Source of the DNA: Candidatus Limnocylindrales bacterium
GTDB taxonomy: Bacteria; Chloroflexota; Limnocylindria; Limnocylindrales; CSP1-4
Length of the DNA stretch: 64,000 nucleotides
Direction: 5' to 3'
NCBI GenBank assembly: GCA_036558545.1
Contig: DATBFJ010000029.1
Span: 6,221-70,220 of the forward strand
In this document: one piece after another, positions 25,791 through 34,261 of the stretch
Position numbering within the stretch: the first letter of the stretch is position 1
How the letters are laid out: each line of letters begins with the position of its first letter
The notes under the pieces: model-generated
The model's database searches: none
Told to the model about the DNA's origin: nothing
What the model saw: only the letters and a program-made list of their open reading frames with translations
Program-made: the position numbers and the translations under genes

Positions 25791-26215
25791 CCGACCTTCT
25801 CCGTGACCTTTCCCTGCTGCAGGATGCGGATGGCGTTGCCGAATGGATCGCGCAGTCCCATGTCAGTGCCGTAGAAGTGCTCCGTCGGCTCCATCGTGAA
25901 GTCGGTGACTCCGCGCTCCTTGAGCGTTTCATAGAAACCCACGGCATCGTCGGTAATGAATACCGGGCCGCCCAGCGCGCCCTTGCTGATCAGCTCTCGG
26001 AGCTGCGCGGCCGTCGCCTCGTCGTGCAGTGGAGGACCCGGCTCCTCGAGGTTCATCTCCGTGCCGTTCTCGCCCGGAACGCGGACCGTGAGCCAGCGGT
26101 AACCACCCTGGCGCACGTCATTTCCCTTCTCGAGCCCAAGCTTGTTTACATAGAAATCGAGCGCTTCGTCCTTGTCGAGTACGTAGATCGAAGCGACGCT
26201 GAATTTCGTGATCAT
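25787..26215 (-). CDS. VOC (glyoxalase/bleomycin-resistance/dioxygenase) family protein
   Basis: 142 aa with paired beta-alpha-beta-beta-beta module pattern (ASIYVLDKDEALDFY...GLRDPFGNAIRI). GGAGAA SD. Confidence 0.75.
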   Translation of the reverse strand: MITKFSVASIYVLDKDEALDFYVNKLGLEKGNDVRQGGYRWLTVRVPGENGTEMNLEEPGPPLHDEATAAQLRELISKGALGGPVFITDDAVGFYETLKERGVTDFTMEPTEHFYGTDMGLRDPFGNAIRILQQGKVTEKVG

Positions 26216-26237
26216 GGCCTATTTCTCCCGAGTGGCG

Positions 26238-26723
26238 TTATTCATGGAGCAGGTCATTCACCGTAGACCCGGTCGGTCGGAATGGCTTCTCCAAAACTGC
26301 TGCTTTTCGATCAGTTGCGCCTGGTGTCGCCGGCGACCACGGCCGCATCGCAGTGAGCTGGACGCAGTGCGGGGCCACGACCGGGCCGTGCCCCATTCGA
26401 TATTCAGACGGCGTCTCGCCGACGACCTCGCGGAAGGTCCGGCTGAAGGTTCCGAGGCTCGTAAATCCAACTGCGAAACAAATCTCGGTCACGGTCTGAT
26501 CCGTTTCCCGGAGCAGGAACATCGATCGCTCGACCCGGCGTCGTTGCAGGTAGCGGTGTGGAGTCTCGCCGAAAACGGTCTTGAAGCTGCGGCTGAAATG
26601 GGCCTCGGAAACGCACGCTACGGCAGCCACTTTGCCGACGTTCAACGGCTCCGCATAGGCACGGTCCATTGCGTCCCGCGCCCTCAACAGGCGTCGGTTG
26701 AAGTCTTCTGCCGCGCGGCTCAC
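26238..26723 (-). CDS. AraC-family HTH transcriptional regulator (DNA-binding domain only)
   Basis: Two HTH units (VAAVACVSEAHFSRSFKTVFGETPHRYL and ICFAVGFTSLGTFSRTFREVVGETPSEY). Confidence 0.85.
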   Translation of the reverse strand: MSRAAEDFNRRLLRARDAMDRAYAEPLNVGKVAAVACVSEAHFSRSFKTVFGETPHRYLQRRRVERSMFLLRETDQTVTEICFAVGFTSLGTFSRTFREVVGETPSEYRMGHGPVVAPHCVQLTAMRPWSPATPGATDRKAAVLEKPFRPTGSTVNDLLHE

Positions 26724-26754
26724 GACGCAAACGCTAGTACACGGCCTCGAAACC

Positions 26755-26760
26755 TATACT
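26755..26760 (+). promoter_or_regulatory. -10-like box TATACT, 9 nt upstream of def ATG
   Basis: TATACT, ccggctcgc, then ATG 26770. No SD. Confidence 0.3.
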
Positions 26761-26769
26761 CCGGCTCGC

Positions 26770-27285
26770 ATGAGCGTTCTCCCGATCATCACCCTTGGCG
26801 ACCCCAGGTTGCGGCTGAAGGGTGAGCCCGTCGACTCCTTTGGCAAGTACCTCTCGGAGCTGCTCGACGACCTCGCGCAGACGATGCGCGCCGCACCGGG
26901 AGTCGGCCTCGCCGCTCCTCAGCTCGGCGTTGCTCTCCAGGCCTGTGTCGTCGAGGTCGAAGGCCAGCTGCACGAGCTCGTCAACCCAAGGATCGTGCGC
27001 TCGACCGGCGAGGACAATGACCTCGAGGGGTGCCTCTCGATCCCGGGCTACGTCGCGTACGTGACGCGCAAAGAGCAGGTCTGGGTCGTGGCACAGAACC
27101 GCCACGGTCGCAAGATCAAGGTCAACGGCAGGGGCCTTCTTTCGCGAGCGATGCAGCACGAGCTTGACCACCTCGCGGGCAAGCTGTACATCGACTACCT
27201 CGACTCGATGGACGACCTGATCCCAGTAGCCCAGCTTCAGGACGAGGTCGCATCCGAGGACCTGGAGCTCGCCCCACTCGCGTGA
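26770..27285 (+). CDS. def: Peptide deformylase
   Basis: GVGLAAPQ, EGCLSIPG and HELDHL metal-binding motifs. ATG 26770 gives the typical MSVLPI..GDP N-terminus. Confidence 0.93.
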   Translation: MSVLPIITLGDPRLRLKGEPVDSFGKYLSELLDDLAQTMRAAPGVGLAAPQLGVALQACVVEVEGQLHELVNPRIVRSTGEDNDLEGCLSIPGYVAYVTRKEQVWVVAQNRHGRKIKVNGRGLLSRAMQHELDHLAGKLYIDYLDSMDDLIPVAQLQDEVASEDLELAPLA

Positions 27286-27295
27286 CTGGCGGCGC

Positions 27296-28246
27296 TTGAC
27301 TGACAAGGCGCGCACCATCTTCCTGGGCACCGGTGCGTTTGCCGTGCCTGTCGTCGAAGCTCTGGCCGGGCACCGCCTGGTCGAGCTCGTCGCCGTGGTC
27401 ACGGCACCGCACCGCGAGGACGCAAGGGGCAGGCCGATCGAGCCTCCCGTCGCCGCGTGGGCAACTGTCAATGGCATCCCGACCTTCCGTCCCGCCCGGC
27501 TTCGGACTCCGGCTGCCGTCGAGCACATCCGCGACCACGCCCCGGATCTGCTCGTTCTGGCGGACTACGGACAGATAGTTCCTGAGGAGCTGCTCGAGCT
27601 ACCGGCTCACGGTGCGCTCAACCTGCACCCCTCCCTTCTGCCGCGCTACCGCGGAGCAACTCCGATACCGGCTGCCATCCTGGCAGGCGACGAGGAGACC
27701 GGCGTCACCCTGATGCGCATGGACTCGGGGCTGGACACGGGCCCGATCGTTGCCCAGGAGCGCGTTCCAATCGACCCGGGTGAGACAGCCCCCCAACTTG
27801 GGGCGCGGCTCGCCGGTCTTGCGGCCAGCGTCCTCACGCGCGATCTGGAAGCCTGGCTCACCGGAGCGCTCGCCGCCTCGCCGCAGCCCGACGTCGGGGT
27901 GTCCCAGACACGTTCGCTGCGCCGCGAAGATGGCCGGCTGGATCCGGGCAAGATCGCCGCCGAGCTGGAGAGGCAGGTTCGGGCGTACCAGCCGTGGCCC
28001 GGTAGCTTCACTGAAGTCGGTGCTACGCGCCTGGTCGTTTGGCAGGCGCATCCAGTCAGCATGGATGGAGCTGGCGTCAAAGCCGGTGACCTCTATCGAA
28101 CGCCCGACGGTGGCATCTCCCTGCGGGTCTCGGACGGTGGCCTGCAACTCGACGAAGTTCAGCCTGCGGGTGGCAAACGCATGACCGGAGCCGAGCTGGT
28201 GCGCGGCCGATCAAATCTCACGACGAACGAGAGGAACGACGCGTGA
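27296..28246 (+). CDS. fmt: Methionyl-tRNA formyltransferase
   Basis: IFLGTGAFAVP N-terminus, NLHPSLLPRYRGATP motif, C-terminal domain present. Confidence 0.92.
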   Translation: MTDKARTIFLGTGAFAVPVVEALAGHRLVELVAVVTAPHREDARGRPIEPPVAAWATVNGIPTFRPARLRTPAAVEHIRDHAPDLLVLADYGQIVPEELLELPAHGALNLHPSLLPRYRGATPIPAAILAGDEETGVTLMRMDSGLDTGPIVAQERVPIDPGETAPQLGARLAGLAASVLTRDLEAWLTGALAASPQPDVGVSQTRSLRREDGRLDPGKIAAELERQVRAYQPWPGSFTEVGATRLVVWQAHPVSMDGAGVKAGDLYRTPDGGISLRVSDGGLQLDEVQPAGGKRMTGAELVRGRSNLTTNERNDA

Positions 28247-28911
28247 AGCTTCTGCTCACCTCGGGTGGAATCACGAACAAGTGCATCAAGAATGCGCTCG
28301 TGGAACTCTTGGGCAAGCCCATTGCGGACTCCGACGCCCTGTGCATCCCGACCGCAGCCTATGGCCATCCAGATGTCCATCCTGTAAACGCCTGGGCGTT
28401 CATCAGCGGCAGGCTGCCCATGACCGCATTGGGCTGGAAGTCGATGGGCGTGCTCGAACTTACCGCCCTGCCCAGCATGGACCGAGAAAAGTGGGAGCCT
28501 TGGGTGCGAAAGACCGACGTTTTCCTGGTCGACGGAGGCGATCCTCTCTACCTGTGCTACTGGATGCGCCAGTCAGGGATGGCCGAACTCATGGCCGAGT
28601 TGGACGACACGGTCTACGTCGGCGTGAGCGCGGGAAGCATGGTCATGACTCCCCGGATCGGCGAGGCTTTCGTGAACTGGAAGCCGCCGAGCGGGGGAGA
28701 CGAGACGCTCGGAGTCGTGGATTTTTCGATATTTCCGCATATCGATAACCCCGACCTGTCCTCGAACACGATGTCCGCCGCCGAGGAATGGGCGGCGGGA
28801 TTGGGCAATCCGGCCTACGCGATCGACGACGAGACCGCTTTCAAGGTTGTCGACGGACAGGTCGAGGTCGTATCGGAGGGTCGTTGGAAGTTTCTCGGAG
28901 CGCAATCATGA
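28243..28911 (+). CDS. Peptidase S51 (dipeptidase E-like) family protein, paralog 1
   Basis: MKLLLTSGG start, nucleophile context VGVSAGSMV, FSIFPH His. GTGA overlap with fmt. Confidence 0.75.
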   Translation: MKLLLTSGGITNKCIKNALVELLGKPIADSDALCIPTAAYGHPDVHPVNAWAFISGRLPMTALGWKSMGVLELTALPSMDREKWEPWVRKTDVFLVDGGDPLYLCYWMRQSGMAELMAELDDTVYVGVSAGSMVMTPRIGEAFVNWKPPSGGDETLGVVDFSIFPHIDNPDLSSNTMSAAEEWAAGLGNPAYAIDDETAFKVVDGQVEVVSEGRWKFLGAQS

Positions 28912-29573
28912 AGTTGCTCCTGACCTCGGCGGGCATCAATAATCCGACCATCGAAGGCGCGCTCGTTGACCTGCTGGGCAAGCCGATCGCCGACTGTGAC
29001 GCTTTGTGCATCCCGACCGCCGGCTACGGCAACCATGCGCAATCGTTTGCCGGGCCGTGGCGCTTCATCGCCGGCAAGTCCCAGCAGCCAATGACCGAAA
29101 TCGGCTGGAAATCGGTCGGGGTGCTCGAGTTGACGGCGCTGCCCAGCCTTCCGAAGGAGCGCTGGGTTTCGTGGGTGCGAAACGCTGACGTTCTGCTGGC
29201 AAACGGTGGCGACGCCGCCTACCTCGCGCGCTGGATGCGCGATTCGGGACTCGCCGATCTGATTCCCACGCTCGACCGCCAGGTCTACGTCGGCTTCAGC
29301 GGCGGGAGCATGGCGCTCGCGCCCCGAATTGGGACGGACTTTCTCTACACCCCGCCACCGGCGAGCGATGAGACGCTCGGCCTGATTGACTTCTCGATCT
29401 TTCCCCATGTCGACCATCCTGATCTGCCCGAAAACACGATGGCCGCCGCGGAGAAATGGGCGGCCGAGGTTGGCAACCCTGCCTATGCGATAGACGACGC
29501 GACGGCCATCCGGGTTGTCGGCGACAAGGTGGATGTCGTGACCGAGGGCCACTGGCGCCTGTTCAACCGCTAA
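28908..29573 (+). CDS. Peptidase S51 (dipeptidase E-like) family protein, paralog 2
   Basis: MKLLLTSAG start at ATG 28908 (ATGA overlap with paralog 1). VGFSGGSMA and FSIFPH present. Collinear with paralog 1 over its full length. Confidence 0.75.
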   Translation: MKLLLTSAGINNPTIEGALVDLLGKPIADCDALCIPTAGYGNHAQSFAGPWRFIAGKSQQPMTEIGWKSVGVLELTALPSLPKERWVSWVRNADVLLANGGDAAYLARWMRDSGLADLIPTLDRQVYVGFSGGSMALAPRIGTDFLYTPPPASDETLGLIDFSIFPHVDHPDLPENTMAAAEKWAAEVGNPAYAIDDATAIRVVGDKVDVVTEGHWRLFNR

Positions 29574-29619
29574 ACGGCCGTTGTGAGCCGATACCGGGAG
29601 TAACCGGTACGATGCGGCG

Positions 29620-30834
29620 ATGGGCTCCGAAACCTTGCCGGAGCAACGGGTATCGCCACTGATCAGCCTCCCACCCGCCGGCATGCGCGACACGCGTCCC
29701 GGGTTGTCCGGAGTTCCGGCCGATGACCTCAACGGCTGGCTCACCAATCGCGGACAGCCTACGTACCGGGCGCGCCAGCTTGCCGATCACATCTGGTCGG
29801 GTTCGGCCCAGTCCAGCGACGAGCTCTCGACGTTGCCTGGCGCGCTGCGTTCTGAGCTGGAGAAGGTCTATCGCGTCACGACATTGGCCTCGACCGACGT
29901 GACAGCCGCGGACAACGGCCTTACCCAGAAGGCGCTTCATCGCCTTGACGACGGCCGCTTGGTCGAATCTGTGCTGATGCGCTACCCGGCACGCGGATGG
30001 CGTCGCGCGCGAGCCACGGTGTGCATCTCGAGCCAGGCCGGCTGCGCGGTCGGCTGTCCGTTCTGTGCCACAGGCGAGCTGGGCTTCAGCCGCGACCTCG
30101 ACGTGGCGGAGATGGTCGACCAGGTCCGCTTCTGGCGGCAGTGGCTGGCGGGTGTCGGGCAGCGGCTTACCAACGTCGTCTTCATGGGCATGGGCGAGCC
30201 TCTGCTCAACGCGGACAGGGTCATGGACGCTGCTGCTGCGATCACGGATCCCGAGCGTTTTGGGCTCGGCGCGCGCCATGTGACCATCTCGACCAGTGGC
30301 GTCGTGCCCGGGATGGATCGGCTTACGCGCGAACGGCCGCAATACACGTTGGCGGTTTCGCTGCACGCCGCGCGACCGCAGTTGCGCGACGTGCTGGTGC
30401 CGCTCAATCGGCGCTATCCGGTGAACGAGGTACTGGCCGCCGCGGACCGCTACGCAGACGCCACGCACCGCCGCATCACCTACGAATACGTGATGATCGA
30501 TGGGATCAACGACACGCCCCACGACGCGGCAGCGCTCGGCGACCTGCTGCAGGGCCGCTTGGCACACGTCAACCTGATACCGATGAATCCAGTCGCGCAC
30601 ACGCCCTGGCGGCCGAGCTCGATAGATCGAACCGAGGCCTTCGCGACGATCCTGCGCAACGTCGGCATCGAGACCACGGTGCGACGCAACCGCGGTATCG
30701 ACATCGGCGCCGCCTGCGGCCAGCTGGCTGCCGACCGCGCCGGCGCCCCCGCTCCAGCAGCTGTCGCGCGCCGGCGCGAGCTGCTCGTCGTCCAGTCGGC
30801 CGAGGCGCTCAGCGGCGCCCCGCAGTCTCAGTAG
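29620..30834 (+). CDS. rlmN: 23S rRNA/tRNA adenine-C2 methyltransferase RlmN (radical SAM)
   Basis: CISSQAGCAVGCPFCATG radical-SAM cluster, MGMGEPLLN motif, C-terminal GAACGQL. Confidence 0.92.
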   Translation: MGSETLPEQRVSPLISLPPAGMRDTRPGLSGVPADDLNGWLTNRGQPTYRARQLADHIWSGSAQSSDELSTLPGALRSELEKVYRVTTLASTDVTAADNGLTQKALHRLDDGRLVESVLMRYPARGWRRARATVCISSQAGCAVGCPFCATGELGFSRDLDVAEMVDQVRFWRQWLAGVGQRLTNVVFMGMGEPLLNADRVMDAAAAITDPERFGLGARHVTISTSGVVPGMDRLTRERPQYTLAVSLHAARPQLRDVLVPLNRRYPVNEVLAAADRYADATHRRITYEYVMIDGINDTPHDAAALGDLLQGRLAHVNLIPMNPVAHTPWRPSSIDRTEAFATILRNVGIETTVRRNRGIDIGAACGQLAADRAGAPAPAAVARRRELLVVQSAEALSGAPQSQ

Positions 30835-30857
30835 CCCACGTCGCCGTGGGCCGCGAC

Positions 30858-31541
30858 GTGCAGGTCGCCGCAAGCATCACGACCGCCGATTTCGGCAATC
30901 TCTATCGCGTCGTACGCAAGCTCGAGCGCGCCGGCGTCGATAGATTGCATCTCGACGTGATGGACGGCCATTTCGTCCCGAACATAACCTTCGGGCCTGA
31001 CGTAGTCGCGGCGATTCGACGCCTGTCAAAGTTGCCCATCGACGCTCATCTTATGATCAGCGAGCCCGGCCGGTACATGGATCGCTTCATCGCGGCAGGC
31101 GCCGACACGCTGACGTTCCATGTCGAGGTTGACGCCAGTGACGACTCGAAGCGCGCGACGATAGAGCAGATCCGCCTGGCTCGCCGCGCCCCGGGTCTCG
31201 CCGTGTCTCCGGAGACTCCGATCGAGGCCGTGTGCGACTTCCTGGACGAGCTCGCGATCATCATGGTCATGACGGTGCAGCCAGGCTTCGGAGGCCAGTA
31301 TTTCATGCCTGAGCCGGCAGCCAAGATCGCCGAAGCTCGTCGTCTCCTTGGCGATCGGCCCGGTACCTCCGTGCATGTTGATGGCGGAGTCAGCGCCGAC
31401 ACGGCGGGTATCGTCGGCGGCTATGGCGTGGATGTGTGCGTCGTCGGGTCCGCGCTTTTCCAGCGCGGACGCGATACCGCTCTCGAGGTCAAGGCGGTCA
31501 AGCGCGAGGCGCGCTACGCCCAGAACGCCGAGTCGGCATAG
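30858..31541 (+). CDS. rpe: Ribulose-phosphate 3-epimerase
   Basis: ASITTADFG..., HLDVMDGHFVPN, and MTVQPGFGGQ motifs. GTG 30858 (or 30846) chosen after the rlmN stop. Confidence 0.9.
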   Translation: MQVAASITTADFGNLYRVVRKLERAGVDRLHLDVMDGHFVPNITFGPDVVAAIRRLSKLPIDAHLMISEPGRYMDRFIAAGADTLTFHVEVDASDDSKRATIEQIRLARRAPGLAVSPETPIEAVCDFLDELAIIMVMTVQPGFGGQYFMPEPAAKIAEARRLLGDRPGTSVHVDGGVSADTAGIVGGYGVDVCVVGSALFQRGRDTALEVKAVKREARYAQNAESA

Positions 31542-31543
31542 CG

Positions 31544-31990
31544 GTGCGCTTGCTGCTCCAGCGCGTCACCCGTGCGAAGGTCAGCGTCAGTGGGACGGTG
31601 GTCGGTGAGATTGGCCCGGGACTGCTGGTCCTCGTCGGGGTGGGGCATGAAGACACGGAGGAGGCAACCCGAGCGATGGCAAGCAAGGCCGTCGATCTGC
31701 GCATCTTCCGCGACGACGAGGGCAAGACAAACCGATCGTTGCTCGACGTCGGCGGCGCCGTGCTGGCAATCAGCCAGTTCACACTGTTCGCAGATACTCG
31801 CAAGGGACGCCGACCGTCATTCCTCGACGCGGCCGCACCCGACCAGGGCAACGCGCTCTATGAAGCGTTTTGCGCGGCAGTCGAGCAGCGTGGCGTTAAG
31901 GTCGCCAAAGGGGTCTTCGGGGCCGAGATGCAGGTCGAGCTGGTCAACGACGGACCGATGACGATCTGGCTCGACTCGGCGGCCGGTTGA
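31544..31990 (+). CDS. dtd: D-aminoacyl-tRNA deacylase
   Basis: VRLLLQRV start, SQFTLFADTRKGRRPSF and GAEMQVELVNDGP motifs. Confidence 0.9.
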   Translation: MRLLLQRVTRAKVSVSGTVVGEIGPGLLVLVGVGHEDTEEATRAMASKAVDLRIFRDDEGKTNRSLLDVGGAVLAISQFTLFADTRKGRRPSFLDAAAPDQGNALYEAFCAAVEQRGVKVAKGVFGAEMQVELVNDGPMTIWLDSAAG

Positions 31991-32007
31991 CGGCCGCGCG
32001 GGCGTAA

Positions 32008-32202
32008 CTAGGCGGTTTTCTGAAGGGTTCGTTGGCAGCGGGTGCATACCAGCACCCGGCTGGTCTTGCCGTTGCGCTCGAGCTGCATTGGCTGCAGGTT
32101 CGCGATCATGCGACGGTGCGCGCGGACGCGGTTCATACCCACTGACTGCGGGTTGAATCCGCCCATCGATGTCTTTCCGCAAATTGCGCACATGCGAGCC
32201 AT
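32008..32202 (-). CDS. rpmB: 50S ribosomal protein L28
   Basis: 64 aa beginning MARMCAICGK, with ...RRMIANLQ.... Confidence 0.9.
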   Translation of the reverse strand: MARMCAICGKTSMGGFNPQSVGMNRVRAHRRMIANLQPMQLERNGKTSRVLVCTRCQRTLQKTA

Positions 32203-32273
32203 GGTCGTACGAGACTCCAGATCAAGGGAGAAAGGCGCACCGAACAGCCGCGCCGGCTGTCTACTATAGCAGG

Positions 32274-32618
32274 GTGCCGAACGCGCCAGACTCGGGGCCG
32301 TCGTCGGGCCGGCAGCCAGCGGTCGACGAGCGCCAGGTAGCCCGCATCGCGCGTAACGCAGCCCTCAGCGTGTACGGGGTCAAGGACGTAGTCAGTGCGC
32401 GCTGGTATCAGCGCCTTGGCGACGTGATCGGTTTCGGGCCGCACGGTGTCAGCGTGCGCACCGCGCCGGCGCTCGAGGTCGCAGTGAACGTGGAGCTGGC
32501 GCCCGAGGTGCCGCGCGACAGCGTCCTGTCGAACGTGGCGGACGCCATCAAGTACACGGTTCAACGTGACATCGGCCAACCGATATCCGCGCTGACGTTG
32601 ACGGTCGACGGCACGTGA
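32274..32618 (+). CDS. Asp23/Gls24 (alkaline shock protein, YloU-like) family protein
   Basis: IARNAALSVYGVKDV... and conserved position upstream of the DAK2 gene. GTG 32274 preferred over the longer 32169 ORF, which overlaps rpmB. Confidence 0.75.
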   Translation: MPNAPDSGPSSGRQPAVDERQVARIARNAALSVYGVKDVVSARWYQRLGDVIGFGPHGVSVRTAPALEVAVNVELAPEVPRDSVLSNVADAIKYTVQRDIGQPISALTLTVDGT

Positions 32619-34261
32619 ACGGCGCTTGCTGGGACGGCCAGGGATTGCTCGCGGCTTTGCGCCACTCGGCCGCGACGCTTCATGCACAGGTCGACGAGGT
32701 AAATGCGCTGAACGTCTTCCCGGTCCCGGACGGAGACACCGGCTCGAACATGCTCGCGACTGTGCAGGCCGCGCTCGGCGAGGCGGAAGACGTACCCGAC
32801 GGTGACCGGACCGTACCGCGCGTTGCGGCGGCGCTGAGCCTTGGGGCGTTGATGGGCGCGCGCGGTAACTCGGGGGTGATCCTGTCGCAGCTATTTCGCG
32901 GTTTGAGCGAGGCGGTCAACGATGTCGACGAGATCGGCGGTCGAGAGCTTGCGCGGGCCCTCAAACAAGGCTGCGAGGCGGCGTTCTCCGCGGTGGCGGT
33001 GCCGGTCGACGGAACGATTCTGACCGTGGTGCGCGATGCGTCGACGGCTGCTGCTGAGGCACTGGTTGCGAACGGCACCCTCGAGCATGTTCTTGAGGCG
33101 GCCGCATCAGAAGCCGCCGCATCGGTCGCGCGGACCCCATCGATGCTTCCGATCCTGCGCAGCGCGGGTGTTGTCGACGCGGGCGGCAAAGGTCTCGAGC
33201 TGTTGCTGCGCGGCGCACTCGCGTCTGTTCGCGGCGAGGTCGAGCCGGAGATCGAGGCCGGCCATGACATCGCTCTGCCCGTGCTTGCCGCGCTCGAGGC
33301 GGAAGGGTTTGGCTACGAGACGGTCTTCCTCGTGGTCCCGCGCGCCGGCGAACGGCTGGACATCGAGAGCATACGTACGCGGCTCGGCCAGATGGGCGAG
33401 TCCGTGCTCGTCGCCGGCGACGCCAATGCCGTCAAGATCCATATCCATAACGAGCACCCTGATGCCGTGCTGGGCTATGGCATAAGCCTTGGCTCGCTCA
33501 GCCGAATCAGCGTCGAGAACCTGGACCGCCAGGCAACCGCCGTGAGGGAGCACATTGCAGCTGGCATCGCGCCGGTGCCACCCACGGCCCGAGCGGCAGC
33601 GGTGGGGCCGGTGGTGGTCGCCGTGTCGCCGGGGAAGGGTTGGTCACAGCTGTTCACGACACTCGGCGCGGCGGCAGTGGTCGATGGCGGCCAAAGTGCC
33701 AATCCCAGTGCAGGTGAGCTGGCTGAGGCGATCCGAGCAACGAATGCGACAGAAGTAATCGTTCTGCCCAACAATCCGAACGTGAGGCTTGCCGCTAAAC
33801 AGGCCGGCGCCTTGACTCCGGATGTCGCCGTCGAGGTCGTCAGCAGCCGAAATCCGGCCGAGGGTGTTGCCGCGCTGCTCGCGCTCGAGTCCGACGTCGA
33901 CCTGAAGACTGCGGCCAAGGCAATGGCCCACGCAGCGGAAAAGATCCAGACACTGTCGGTGACGGCCGCCGTGCGCGACGCGCGGATGGGGCGACACCGG
34001 GTGCACAGGGGCGACTTCATCGTCCTCGGTCCGAGTGAGGGTTTGATGGCCAGCGCTCGGGAGCGCACGGCGGCGGTTCTCGCGGCCGTTGGAAAGCTCA
34101 AGGGCGGCTATGAGCTACTGACGCTGTATCGCGGCAAGGGCGTCGACGGAGTTGCGGCGGACGAGCTACTGACGGCATTGCGCAGCTCGTTGGCGGACAT
34201 TGAGATCGAGATCGTCGATGGCGGTCAGCCACATTACGACTTCCTGATCGCGGCGGAATAA
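32615..34261 (+). CDS. DAK2 domain-containing protein (YloV-like)
   Basis: N-terminal Dak2 motifs (VFPVPDGDTGSNM, GARGNSGVILSQ) plus C-terminal YloV-type domain. Asp23-YloV-RecG synteny. Confidence 0.85.
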   Translation: MNGACWDGQGLLAALRHSAATLHAQVDEVNALNVFPVPDGDTGSNMLATVQAALGEAEDVPDGDRTVPRVAAALSLGALMGARGNSGVILSQLFRGLSEAVNDVDEIGGRELARALKQGCEAAFSAVAVPVDGTILTVVRDASTAAAEALVANGTLEHVLEAAASEAAASVARTPSMLPILRSAGVVDAGGKGLELLLRGALASVRGEVEPEIEAGHDIALPVLAALEAEGFGYETVFLVVPRAGERLDIESIRTRLGQMGESVLVAGDANAVKIHIHNEHPDAVLGYGISLGSLSRISVENLDRQATAVREHIAAGIAPVPPTARAAAVGPVVVAVSPGKGWSQLFTTLGAAAVVDGGQSANPSAGELAEAIRATNATEVIVLPNNPNVRLAAKQAGALTPDVAVEVVSSRNPAEGVAALLALESDVDLKTAAKAMAHAAEKIQTLSVTAAVRDARMGRHRVHRGDFIVLGPSEGLMASARERTAAVLAAVGKLKGGYELLTLYRGKGVDGVAADELLTALRSSLADIEIEIVDGGQPHYDFLIAAE

